Below are positions 7,159 through 15,943 of a stretch of DNA of 32,000 nucleotides, piece by piece. Source of the stretch: Puniceicoccales bacterium (GTDB lineage Bacteria; Verrucomicrobiota; Verrucomicrobiia; Opitutales; LL51). The translations under genes and the position numbers were made by a program. The DNA lies in NCBI GenBank assembly GCA_031283585.1, contig JAITBP010000013.1, positions 30,001 to 62,000 on the forward strand, given 5' to 3'. Below the pieces are notes generated by a model. The model made no database searches, was not told where the DNA came from, and was given only the letters and a program-made list of their open reading frames with translations. Position 1 is the stretch's first letter. Each line of letters begins with the position of its first letter.

Positions 7159-9825
7159 ATGGATTCTGCAAAAATACGTAGTGAGTTTCTTGATTTTTTT
7201 TCGTCCCATGGACATAAAATTTTACCATCTGCGTCGTTGTTACCGGAGTCTCCAAACCTTCTATTTACGAACGCCGGTATGAACCAATTTGTGCCATATT
7301 TTTTAGGTAGCCAGGAGCCCATCGACAGAAGGGTTGCCGATGTTCAGACCTGTATCCGGGCCGGCGGAAAACACAATGATCTGGACGATGTTGGTTTTGA
7401 TACCTATCATCATACTTTTTTCGAGATGCTCGGTAACTGGTCTTTTGGTGATTATTTTAAAAAGGAGGCTATAGAGCTGGCCTGGGAGCTTCTAACAAAA
7501 GTTTGGAAGTTTCCCAAAAATAGGCTCTACGCTACGGTTTATCACCCAAACGATGGTGAGCCGGCGGAATTTGACCAGGAGTCCTTTGACATATGGTCGG
7601 AGATATTTGCTTCAGAACAGCTTGATCCAGAAGTACATATAAAAAAATGTTCCCGAAAGGATAATTTTTGGATGATGGGTGACACCGGTCCCTGTGGCCC
7701 TTGTTCCGAGATCCACATGGATCTGACTGAAAGCGGCGATACGAATGGAAATATTGTCAATGCTGGATCGTGTATGTGTTTGGAGATCTGGAACTTGGTA
7801 TTCATCCAATATAATGCCAATTCGGACGGTTCTTTTAAAAAACTTGCCCAGAAGCACGTGGATACCGGTATGGGGCTGGAACGGGTCGTTGGAATAATGG
7901 CCACTACGAATAATTTTAGTGATTTTTCGAGGCAGCCGTCCAATTATGACAGCGATTTGTTTAGCTATATATTTGCCGAGCTGGAGCGCTTGTCCGGATT
8001 GAAATATGCCGGAACTATCTCGGTTTCAAGGTCTTTTATGTCAGATACTGAGAAAGTCGACTTCTATTTTAGAGCCATCGCTGACCATATTCGTACCCTG
8101 ACATTCGGCATTGCTGATGGAATTTTGCCTGGCAACGAAGGGAGGAATTATGTGCTGAGGAGGATTCTCAGGAGGGCAGTGCTTTTTGGTAAAAAAATGG
8201 GATTACCAAGCGGTTTTTTTGCAAAATTATCCGAAGTGGTAATCGAAAAAATGGGAAAAATATTTGGACAACTCATTGATAATAAAGCTGTTATATATGA
8301 TACATTGGTGAGGGAAGAGATCTCGTTTGATCGGACCCTCGGCCGCGGCATCAGGGTGCTGGAGAAGATTTGTAGCAGCAATAAAAGTGGGATGATTTCC
8401 GGTGAGGATGTGTTTTTATTGTATGATACCTATGGTTTCCCCATTGATTTGACTAAACTGATGGCCGAGGAGAGAGGGCTTGGAATAGATATGGAAGCTG
8501 CTGAGCAGGAAATGGATAGGCAGCGCCAACGGGCACGGTCATCGCAAAAAAAAGTATCCCTAGCCGTTGCCTCGGTTGATAAGGAAAAGATATCTTTCGT
8601 AGGCTATTCCTTGGATAAAAATAAAAAATTTTTTGCCGAAGTTGTTGGCATAGTTGATGACAAAACTGGCAATTTCGTGATTTTAGACAGCACTCCGTTT
8701 TTCGCTGAAATGGGTGGCGAGGTTGGCGACACGGGTAGCCTATGCCTGGATGGTAGGTCGATCGAAGTTTTGGCTACGATTAGGAATGAATCGAATCTTG
8801 TTCTGCACAGGTTGCCAAAAAATGTTGGCCTAAAGCTTGGAGATAGGGTTGAATGTGTTGTTGATATGGAAAGAAGGAAAAGCATCCAGCGAAACCATAC
8901 GGCCACGCACCTGTTGCATTTTGCTCTGAGGGATGTGCTTGGTGATCATGTAAAGCAGGCTGGTTCTTTGGTAGACAGCACAAAATTAAGATTTGATTTC
9001 AACCATTTTTCTCCGCTTTCGGATGAGCAAATACACGACATTGAATATATTGTAACTCGTTGCATATTAGAGAATTTGCCCGTGAAGTGCGAGACCATGC
9101 CATTTGCCGAAAAACCGGATAACTGTATAGCATTTTTTGGTGAAAAATATGGTAAAATCGTAAGAGTTGTGACCATCGGTTGCATTTCCTGCGAGTTGTG
9201 TGGTGGTTGTCATGCAGCCAGTACCGGCGAAATAGGGTTTTTTAAGATCCTGTCCGAGAGTGCCATATCCGCTGGTGTCCGAAGAATTGAGGCCGTTTCA
9301 GGATTTGCTGCGTTTTCATTTGTGGAAAAAGTCATCGGAGATTTGAAAAATATTTCAAAAAAACTGTCCTGTTCAATTGATAAGGTCTTTGAAAATTTCA
9401 CCCATATGATCGAGCATAGTGCCTGCATGGAAAGTCAGTTGAAGATGTTGAAAAATAGTAAAAATGAGGCTGTGGCTAATGCCCTTGTTAACAATTGTTC
9501 GCTGAAAAACGATCTTAAGTTTATTCTAGATGTCATTGATGTAGAAAATATTGCTGATCTTAAATCCATTGCTTTATTGCTGTCCAAAAAATTGTCAGAT
9601 GGCTTTTGGTTTGTGCTTTGCGGTAAAATGCCTGATAGGTCTGGTGCTGTTTTAATTTCGTGCTCTAGGAAAGCTCTGGCGAACGGGATAAAAGCTAACC
9701 TTATGCTTAAAAAATTGTCAGAAAAAATCGATATCAAAGGCGGTGGCAATGAAGAACTGGCCATGGGTGGCGTAAAACAAAGCAGCCTGTTTAGCGAAAG
9801 GTTAGAAACACTGAAGAATCTCTAG
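7159..9825 (+). CDS. alaS: Alanine--tRNA ligase
   Basis: 888 aa. Supporting motifs are FLDFFSSHGHKILPSASLLP, LFTNAGMNQF, HHTFFEMLGNWSFGDYFK and the editing-domain HTATHLLH...CGGCH. Confidence 0.95.
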   Translation: MDSAKIRSEFLDFFSSHGHKILPSASLLPESPNLLFTNAGMNQFVPYFLGSQEPIDRRVADVQTCIRAGGKHNDLDDVGFDTYHHTFFEMLGNWSFGDYFKKEAIELAWELLTKVWKFPKNRLYATVYHPNDGEPAEFDQESFDIWSEIFASEQLDPEVHIKKCSRKDNFWMMGDTGPCGPCSEIHMDLTESGDTNGNIVNAGSCMCLEIWNLVFIQYNANSDGSFKKLAQKHVDTGMGLERVVGIMATTNNFSDFSRQPSNYDSDLFSYIFAELERLSGLKYAGTISVSRSFMSDTEKVDFYFRAIADHIRTLTFGIADGILPGNEGRNYVLRRILRRAVLFGKKMGLPSGFFAKLSEVVIEKMGKIFGQLIDNKAVIYDTLVREEISFDRTLGRGIRVLEKICSSNKSGMISGEDVFLLYDTYGFPIDLTKLMAEERGLGIDMEAAEQEMDRQRQRARSSQKKVSLAVASVDKEKISFVGYSLDKNKKFFAEVVGIVDDKTGNFVILDSTPFFAEMGGEVGDTGSLCLDGRSIEVLATIRNESNLVLHRLPKNVGLKLGDRVECVVDMERRKSIQRNHTATHLLHFALRDVLGDHVKQAGSLVDSTKLRFDFNHFSPLSDEQIHDIEYIVTRCILENLPVKCETMPFAEKPDNCIAFFGEKYGKIVRVVTIGCISCELCGGCHAASTGEIGFFKILSESAISAGVRRIEAVSGFAAFSFVEKVIGDLKNISKKLSCSIDKVFENFTHMIEHSACMESQLKMLKNSKNEAVANALVNNCSLKNDLKFILDVIDVENIADLKSIALLLSKKLSDGFWFVLCGKMPDRSGAVLISCSRKALANGIKANLMLKKLSEKIDIKGGGNEELAMGGVKQSSLFSERLETLKNL

Positions 9826-10923
9826 TTCTATGGCGTCACAACGTAAACGTCCGGAATCAGTTAGTGCCAGGGTTGTTTCGTTGACCTGGGCATAGTTTTC
9901 ATCCACCAGTCGACGGAATAAATCTTCTAAGCTGGCGTTGCTGTGATCGCCAAACTTGGCTGTTAGGCTAAGTAGATCAACGCCTTGGTTCATTCGCAGG
10001 CCAAAGAGCAAGCTATCTATGAACAGGTCACGTGAACATAATTTGGTATCATCGGCCAAGGTTGCTATGCCAGAATCAAGACCGGCCATCCATTGCTGCA
10101 GTGACGGAATATTTGTATATCTCCGGAATCTGTACTGGGAACTAGCTGATGGTCCCAGGCCAAGCCATTCACCCATTTTCCAGGTATTTATATTATGAAG
10201 GGATTCCTGGCCTGGCCGGCAAAAATTTGAAATCTCGTATTGCTGGAATCCATTGGCTCTTAATATGTCGCAGGTCTCTATATAAAATTCCGCTTCCTTG
10301 TCCTCATCCGTAGGAATACTAGGGTCATTTTCCTGGGTCATGCAATAGGTGGATAGATGTTCAGGAGCTAGACAAATGGCTTGGTTAAGATCATCGACCC
10401 AAGATCTGAGCGTCTGGTGGATTGGCGAAAAAATCAGGTCCATATTGATATTGGAAAAACCTTGGTCTCGAAGCCTATAATAGGCACCCAGTTGATTGGA
10501 TTGTCTACGACCAAATAGTCCGAGGGTGTGATCGTTAAAGCTTTGTATGCCAAGTGAGATACGTGTGATACCAATTTCTTTTAATGCGGCTAATCTGTCG
10601 ATTTTTACCGTAGATGGTGCCATTTCAAACGTCCACTCGACGGGAAGTTGGTGACACTTTTTTTCGATGGCCTGGCCAATGGTTACAATATGCTCTGGAG
10701 TTAAAACCCCCGGTGTGCCACCACCGAAATATATGGTTGTAAAAGCTCGGCTATCTTCGATGTTTTGTAATTCCCTTTGCAGATATTCCACGTATCTATC
10801 AACGGAAAATTTCGATATAGATTCTTGGTAAAACGCACAATAGGCACATTTTGTTGGACAAAACGGTACGTGAACGTACAGTCCGAGTGGGTTATCTGTG
10901 TAAGGTTTTGCTTGCAGATTCAT
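9802..10923 (-). CDS. hemW: Radical SAM heme chaperone / coproporphyrinogen-III-oxidase-like protein
   Basis: YVHVPFCPTKCAYCAF carries the CxxxCxxC radical SAM motif. The 373-aa length fits HemW better than HemN. Its 3' end overlaps the alaS 3' end by 24 nt. Confidence 0.85.
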   Translation of the reverse strand: MNLQAKPYTDNPLGLYVHVPFCPTKCAYCAFYQESISKFSVDRYVEYLQRELQNIEDSRAFTTIYFGGGTPGVLTPEHIVTIGQAIEKKCHQLPVEWTFEMAPSTVKIDRLAALKEIGITRISLGIQSFNDHTLGLFGRRQSNQLGAYYRLRDQGFSNINMDLIFSPIHQTLRSWVDDLNQAICLAPEHLSTYCMTQENDPSIPTDEDKEAEFYIETCDILRANGFQQYEISNFCRPGQESLHNINTWKMGEWLGLGPSASSQYRFRRYTNIPSLQQWMAGLDSGIATLADDTKLCSRDLFIDSLLFGLRMNQGVDLLSLTAKFGDHSNASLEDLFRRLVDENYAQVNETTLALTDSGRLRCDAIELEILQCF

Positions 10924-10952
10924 TTTTGTATCTTTGTATCAATTGCTAAAAT

Positions 10953-12011
10953 ATGAAACTAAAAGAGTTTTTTTACAAATTTTCCAAATTTTCCAGATTT
11001 ATGTTTTTGTGTTTTGGATTAGGATTAGGTGGGTGTGCTTCCATAGTCAATGATATGACACCTGGTCATGTGTCTCGTAATCAGTCAAATATATACACAA
11101 TGACCATATCCATTAATAATAGTGATAACCTTCGAAAAAGAGGGATAAAACCCTACATCGTAATCGGTGGGAAGAGGCATGAAATGAAGGTAAATGACAT
11201 AGACAACAATCTATTTTACTATGATTACAAAATTCCCGATGGAGTCTGCAAAGTACCATATTATTACGAATTGGTTCGTCAGGTAGTGGATAAAAATGGA
11301 TCAATAGTAGAAAGGGAAGTGGAAAAAACCGAACTATTCAACCTCTCGATAAGTGATAAGTATGTGCTTGGCATGGACTGCAAAAGAGGACCAGTTGGTG
11401 CAAGGGTTTGTATACTAGGATCAGGCTTTTTACCAAGAGATATGATCAGGGTTGGTGGCGTGCCGGCTAGAGTCAATAATGTGACGAAAGGAGCCATCGA
11501 ATTTACGATACCACTGATGGATGCTGGTACTTTCTATGATGTGATTTTAATCAGCGGCGAAGAGAAAGTGATTATCGATAAATTTTTTATTGATGTTTCT
11601 AAATTAGGCACCGATGTGGAATCCATAAGGATTGGTAATGGCGAAAAGGCAATGTTGTCTTTTTTCATAGACCATGATGCTCCGGAAGGAGGAATAGATC
11701 TAGATATAACGACAGATATTCCGGATAGTGTTATTATGCCAGAAGTCAGGATTCCCGAAGGTAGTCGGTTTGCCGAGGTACAAATCGAAGGTAGTAATAA
11801 CAGCGATGTGGGATCTCTGTTTGTGTACGCAAGGGGATTCAATGAACTAAAAATTCCCATCGAAGTTGGCGAAAACGCTTCGATGATCGAGGAATCCAGG
11901 TACAATAGGGTAGAACCCAAACGTCAGGAACGCCGAACCAATGGCCGCCAGGTTGTGGATGATTTTAATTTCGATGACAAAGAGGATGATGACATGGTGG
12001 TAGTGAGATAG
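10953..12011 (+). CDS. Lipoprotein with an IPT/TIG-like Ig-fold domain
   Basis: The signal peptide carries a lipobox (FGLGLGGC|AS). GPVGARVCILGSGFLPRDMIRVGGVPARVNNVTKGAIEFTIP matches the IPT/TIG pattern. The C-terminal tail is charged. Confidence 0.6.
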   Translation: MKLKEFFYKFSKFSRFMFLCFGLGLGGCASIVNDMTPGHVSRNQSNIYTMTISINNSDNLRKRGIKPYIVIGGKRHEMKVNDIDNNLFYYDYKIPDGVCKVPYYYELVRQVVDKNGSIVEREVEKTELFNLSISDKYVLGMDCKRGPVGARVCILGSGFLPRDMIRVGGVPARVNNVTKGAIEFTIPLMDAGTFYDVILISGEEKVIIDKFFIDVSKLGTDVESIRIGNGEKAMLSFFIDHDAPEGGIDLDITTDIPDSVIMPEVRIPEGSRFAEVQIEGSNNSDVGSLFVYARGFNELKIPIEVGENASMIEESRYNRVEPKRQERRTNGRQVVDDFNFDDKEDDDMVVVR

Positions 12012-12111
12012 ATGATTATTCCATGGATTTGTTTGTAGTTGGAAACAGGGTCCGTGGAATTATCAAAAAATAGCAGATTTTGTTCAGGCAGTATATGTTC
12101 CGGATGCCATT

Positions 12112-12690
12112 GTGAGGAATTTATGTAAAAAATTGTCTGGATTCAGTGCACTTGAAGTGGTAGCAACCATTGGTTTGATGTTATTGATATATGCTTTCCT
12201 AGGCAGAGTTGAGTCGGTTTATAGAGAACATGTTAATCGAAATCGTGTGGTTGCCGAACTTGTTGGATTGGTAGCTGCACTGGAAAAGTACAAGGAGATT
12301 CATGGGGATTACCCAAGGGTATCGAACAATTCAGATGACGATGAAAACAGCAAAACTTTAAACTCGGCACTAAAAGGAAATATGGATCCATTTGGTGCTG
12401 TGGTCCCTGATGATCCTGCCGATGCTCACCCTGGTGATAGGAAAAAAATAAGCCTCATCAATACAAGAATAAGGGAACTAGACGCAAGATTTATTGATCA
12501 GTTCGGCAATGGCTATTTGTATTATTATGCCACAAGGAATGATGTGGATAACAGGGTATGGACAAGGCATTCATTTGTATTAGTTAGCAAGGGTGTGGAC
12601 GGAATAAAAACCGTAGTTATTGGCAACGACGGTACGATTTCGCAACATAAAGGTGATGATATAATTGCAGATAACACTGGAATATTATGA
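12112..12690 (+). CDS. GspG-like type II secretion/type IV pilin-like pseudopilin (prepilin N-terminal motif)
   Basis: GTG start. MRNLCKKLSG|FSALEVV gives a short basic leader, G-1, F+1 and E+5, followed by a hydrophobic helix. AALEKYKEIHGDYP resembles the GspG core. Confidence 0.65.
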   Translation: MRNLCKKLSGFSALEVVATIGLMLLIYAFLGRVESVYREHVNRNRVVAELVGLVAALEKYKEIHGDYPRVSNNSDDDENSKTLNSALKGNMDPFGAVVPDDPADAHPGDRKKISLINTRIRELDARFIDQFGNGYLYYYATRNDVDNRVWTRHSFVLVSKGVDGIKTVVIGNDGTISQHKGDDIIADNTGIL

Positions 12691-13313
12691 AAAATTACAA
12701 AAAAACCATAGGATTTTCACTGGTAGAGCTGGTTATAATTATTTCGGTTGTGGGTATATTGATATCCATTGCCCTGCCAGCCATAAATAAATCCAGTCGC
12801 TCTGTAAAAATTTCCAAAACAAAGATACGCTTTTCCCAGATAGTCAATGCGTTGAAGAGCTACTATAACGAATATGGCTGTTGGCCAGATATATTGACCC
12901 CGAATCTAGCCCATTCTTTTGTTGACAAAAGTACAATATTTTCATCAATGCTTGTGGGTAATTGTAATTACGTTGATGATTCCATGCCAGAGGATTTGCT
13001 CTATTTGAATCCAAAAAGGTTAAGATTCATCGACATAACAAACAGCGATTTGTATAAACAAAATTCCGTTATACAAAAAGATAGATTAGCAGACAGTTTT
13101 AATAACCCGGCTATTTATGCTGTTTTTTCTAATTCAAATATTCCTTCTGCCAGAATTCTCCAATCTGCCTTCGATGCCTATCCGTCGGTTAAAACCAAGG
13201 TGCCCGCCGATGGCCTTAATGAATCTGTGGTGGTTTTTAGTTGTGCCGAAGTAGGTAAAAATTACGCAGCCGTGAGGGATGATGCGGTTGATGTCCTAAG
13301 CTGGGAGATATAA
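12687..13313 (+). CDS. GspG-like pseudopilin (prepilin N-terminal cleavage/methylation motif)
   Basis: MKNYKKTIG|FSLVELVIIISVVGILISIALP carries the prepilin motif, and NALKSYYNEYGCWP resembles the GspG core. A 4-nt ATGA overlap with the upstream pseudopilin suggests translational coupling. Confidence 0.7.
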   Translation: MKNYKKTIGFSLVELVIIISVVGILISIALPAINKSSRSVKISKTKIRFSQIVNALKSYYNEYGCWPDILTPNLAHSFVDKSTIFSSMLVGNCNYVDDSMPEDLLYLNPKRLRFIDITNSDLYKQNSVIQKDRLADSFNNPAIYAVFSNSNIPSARILQSAFDAYPSVKTKVPADGLNESVVVFSCAEVGKNYAAVRDDAVDVLSWEI

Positions 13314-13318
13314 GTCTC

Positions 13319-14665
13319 TTACAATAAAAGCTTTTTCAATTTCTGTGTGTTTTCATTATCCACTATGGCGATCATTCTATCGTTGGCATTTATGACATCT
13401 TCTGCCCGGGGAACTTTTGTGCTGAATTTATGCGATAGGGCAACGATTACGCAATTTTTTGGCCATTGGATTTCATTCATTTTTTTACCGATACATTCAC
13501 TATTTTTTGAAACTTTTAGCTCTAAAAATGATCCGGAATTATCAGGAAATTTCGATAATTCTACACATTTTTCCGTTGAAAGATATTTGATCAATTCGTT
13601 GGCTGTTGCCACCCGAGGGTATATTATCCTCTTGATACCGAGACCCTTGGTTATATTCATAAGTGTGTTTTCATAGTCGCCTTTATTCAGAGTAAGCATG
13701 ACATTTTTAGTCCCAATGTGGCAGGCCTGCAGTGAGGTCATTATGTTTTCCTCATCATCTTTTGTGCAGGCGATGAAATAGTCACTGAGGTTAATTTGTT
13801 CTTCTTTCATCAGAGTTATCGATGTGGCGTCACCGTGGATGACGGTTATGTTCCTAAACTGTTGCGACAGAAGATCACAGGTTTCTCTGTTTTTTTCAAT
13901 GATGCGGATCTTATATTTTGAGTCGCTCAAATATCTGATCAGAGCTATTGCTGTTTCGTTACCTCCAAACACTGTTATCGACGATGATTCTGGAAACTCC
14001 TGGGGCTTTAATTGGTCGCGAACTTCGCTTATAGCAACAGAATTTCCTACCACTGTTAGTATGTCGCCGATACACATGTTGGTTTCGGCCGTGGCCACCT
14101 CATATTTGTCATTGCGACAGATACATCCTATTCGAACGCTTGGATCCAGCCTTATTTCTCGCAGTGTCCTATCAACAAATTTTGAATCAGCGCTGATTTT
14201 TATTTGCTGGGCATCTATGGAACCTCTGGCGAAATTTTCCACAGCTACTCTCCCAGGGTTTATTATTTCCTTTGCTAATTCTATGGCACACAATGCCTCG
14301 GGATTAACAAACATATCTATGCCAAAATGCAATTGATAGTTTAGCTGAGAATTATCCACATAGGTTCTGTCCCTGGCTCTGCAGATCGTCATTTCGGCGC
14401 CGAGAGCTTTGGCTATGGAAGCGGACAATAGGTTGGATTTGTCGTCGTTCATCATGGCCATGAAGAAGTCACAGTTTTCGATTCCTGCGTTTATCAATGT
14501 CTCAGCAGAACAGCCATTAGCACATATGATGCGAGCTTCGCATCGTTCATAGATTGCCTTAGATGCCAATGGATCAATATCTATAACCGTTACTCTATGA
14601 GACTGACTAAAAGTCTCTGCCAAAAAACTCCCCACATTACCTGCTCCAACAATGGTGATTTCCAT
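13319..14665 (-). CDS. trkA: Trk potassium uptake system NAD-binding component
   Basis: 448 aa with a duplicated TrkA-N/TrkA-C layout. The N-terminus is MEITIVGAGNVGSFLA and a second Rossmann region is present (ITVFGGNETA). No trkH lies adjacent. Confidence 0.85.
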   Translation of the reverse strand: MEITIVGAGNVGSFLAETFSQSHRVTVIDIDPLASKAIYERCEARIICANGCSAETLINAGIENCDFFMAMMNDDKSNLLSASIAKALGAEMTICRARDRTYVDNSQLNYQLHFGIDMFVNPEALCAIELAKEIINPGRVAVENFARGSIDAQQIKISADSKFVDRTLREIRLDPSVRIGCICRNDKYEVATAETNMCIGDILTVVGNSVAISEVRDQLKPQEFPESSSITVFGGNETAIALIRYLSDSKYKIRIIEKNRETCDLLSQQFRNITVIHGDATSITLMKEEQINLSDYFIACTKDDEENIMTSLQACHIGTKNVMLTLNKGDYENTLMNITKGLGIKRIIYPRVATANELIKYLSTEKCVELSKFPDNSGSFLELKVSKNSECIGKKMNEIQWPKNCVIVALSHKFSTKVPRAEDVINANDRMIAIVDNENTQKLKKLLL

Positions 14666-14680
14666 AACTATAGGTCATAT

Positions 14681-14709
14681 AATCTAGCCTTTGCTAATCA
14701 TTTTGCCAA
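14681..14709 (-). promoter_or_regulatory. sigma70-like promoter candidate for trkA
   Basis: On the minus strand: TTGGCA (14709-14704), 17-nt spacer, TAGATT (14686-14681), then 15 nt to the ATG. It overlaps a TTGCYAATCAT direct repeat. Confidence 0.3.
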
Positions 14710-14791
14710 TCATAGAATCTCATAATTAACATATTTTTTGTTTTTGTGATCGTTTATTAATTTTATTTTACCGGTGTAGATTTATATTATT

Positions 14792-14847
14792 AAGTTTTTA
14801 CGTTTTTACGTTTTTATGTATTTACGTTTTTGCATTCTTATGTTTTT
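14792..14847. repeat. Degenerate 8-bp tandem array (consensus ACGTTTTT, 7 units) in the trkA/fabI divergent intergenic region
   Basis: Read directly: aagttttt acgttttt acgttttt atgtattt acgttttt gcattctt atgttttt. Confidence 0.8.
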
Positions 14848-14894
14848 TTATATTTTCAACTTTCCAACGCTATCTCAATTTTTTTCATATACCC

Positions 14895-15707
14895 GTGAGC
14901 TTTTTAAATCTTGAGAACAAAAGAATCTTGGTGGCAGGAGTTGCAAATAGGAAAAGCATAGCCTGGGTTGTGGCTTCGCAGTTAAAAGCCGAGGGTGCGA
15001 AGGTGATTTTTAGCCTGAGGTCTAGGGCTAGACTTGAGGCTCTGGGAAATTTAATTGCCGGTGAGGAGGTGTATATATGTGACGTTGAAAACCGTGAAGA
15101 TATCTTGGCCCTTGGGGAAAATCTTGCGAAAAGTGGTGAAAAAATTGATGGATTCGTACATTCGATAGCCTTTGCAAATTATTCAGCCGGTATATGTAAG
15201 TTTTATGATACCACCAGAGAAGATTTTTTGCAATCCGTTACGATTTCCTGCTTTTCTTTGGTGGAGATGGCCCGGGTATTAAAACCAATATTTTCTACAG
15301 ACGCCTCGGTGGTTACAATGGGGATCTCATCCCAGGTGACTGCTGAAAGCTATGGCTATATGGCTCCGATTAAAGCAGCGCTTGATAGCAGTGTGAGGTT
15401 TTTGGCAAAGTCGTTCAGCGCTGACACAAATGTTAGGTTCAACTCGGTTAGGGCCGGCCCATTGAAAACCAGTGCATCAGCTGGCATACCAGGCTATATA
15501 AATAACTATTTATATGCTGAAAAAATGACATTTCGAAAGAAAGCCATTAGCACCGACGAGGTGGCAAATACGGTGCTTTTTTTACTGAGTAATAGATCAA
15601 GCGGTATTAACGGTCAGGGCATTGTGGTAAATGCCGGCATGGATATTAATTATTTTGACAATGAACTGGTCGATGCTGTTACGAAATCAAGCGCCAATAA
15701 TTCCTAG
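14895..15707 (+). CDS. fabI: Enoyl-[acyl-carrier-protein] reductase (NADH), FabI type
   Basis: GTG start. KRILVAGVANRKSIAWVVASQLKAEGAKV fits the SDR Rossmann region typical of FabI. YGYMAPIKAALDSSVRFLA carries the Y-x6-K catalytic motif. Length is 270 aa. Confidence 0.85.
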   Translation: MSFLNLENKRILVAGVANRKSIAWVVASQLKAEGAKVIFSLRSRARLEALGNLIAGEEVYICDVENREDILALGENLAKSGEKIDGFVHSIAFANYSAGICKFYDTTREDFLQSVTISCFSLVEMARVLKPIFSTDASVVTMGISSQVTAESYGYMAPIKAALDSSVRFLAKSFSADTNVRFNSVRAGPLKTSASAGIPGYINNYLYAEKMTFRKKAISTDEVANTVLFLLSNRSSGINGQGIVVNAGMDINYFDNELVDAVTKSSANNS

Positions 15708-15943
15708 TGCCAATGGTATTATTTTGAGTATCTTATACAAGAATGTGAATTTTTTTATTGTGTAGTTAGGGTTTCTCATCATAAAAGGCCAAGACGGTTG
15801 TATTAGGGCTATTATCAATAGGGATTGATTAAAAGTAATTTTATAAAATAATTGAAATATTTGCTTGATATCAAAATTATTAATCTTTCGAATAATCGGT
15901 TTGGTAGATTTTTATAGAAATAAAACAAAAGTATACTAATGTT

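Noticed and set aside
14352-14360. DnaA-box-like nonamers: TTATCCACA at 14352-14360, and 8/9 matches at 24338-24346, 13353-13361 and 16252-16260; possible oriC
   Set aside because: The boxes are isolated and mostly inside coding regions. There is no cluster of boxes with an AT-rich unwinding element, and no dnaA or dnaN nearby. The 155-bp AT-rich spacer at 24196-24350 holds a single imperfect box.
14792-14847. Possibility that the 8-bp or the 18-bp (22288-22410) repeat arrays are CRISPR arrays
   Set aside because: The units are contiguous with no spacers and far shorter than CRISPR repeats. One array is in frame inside a CDS. There are no cas genes in the window.
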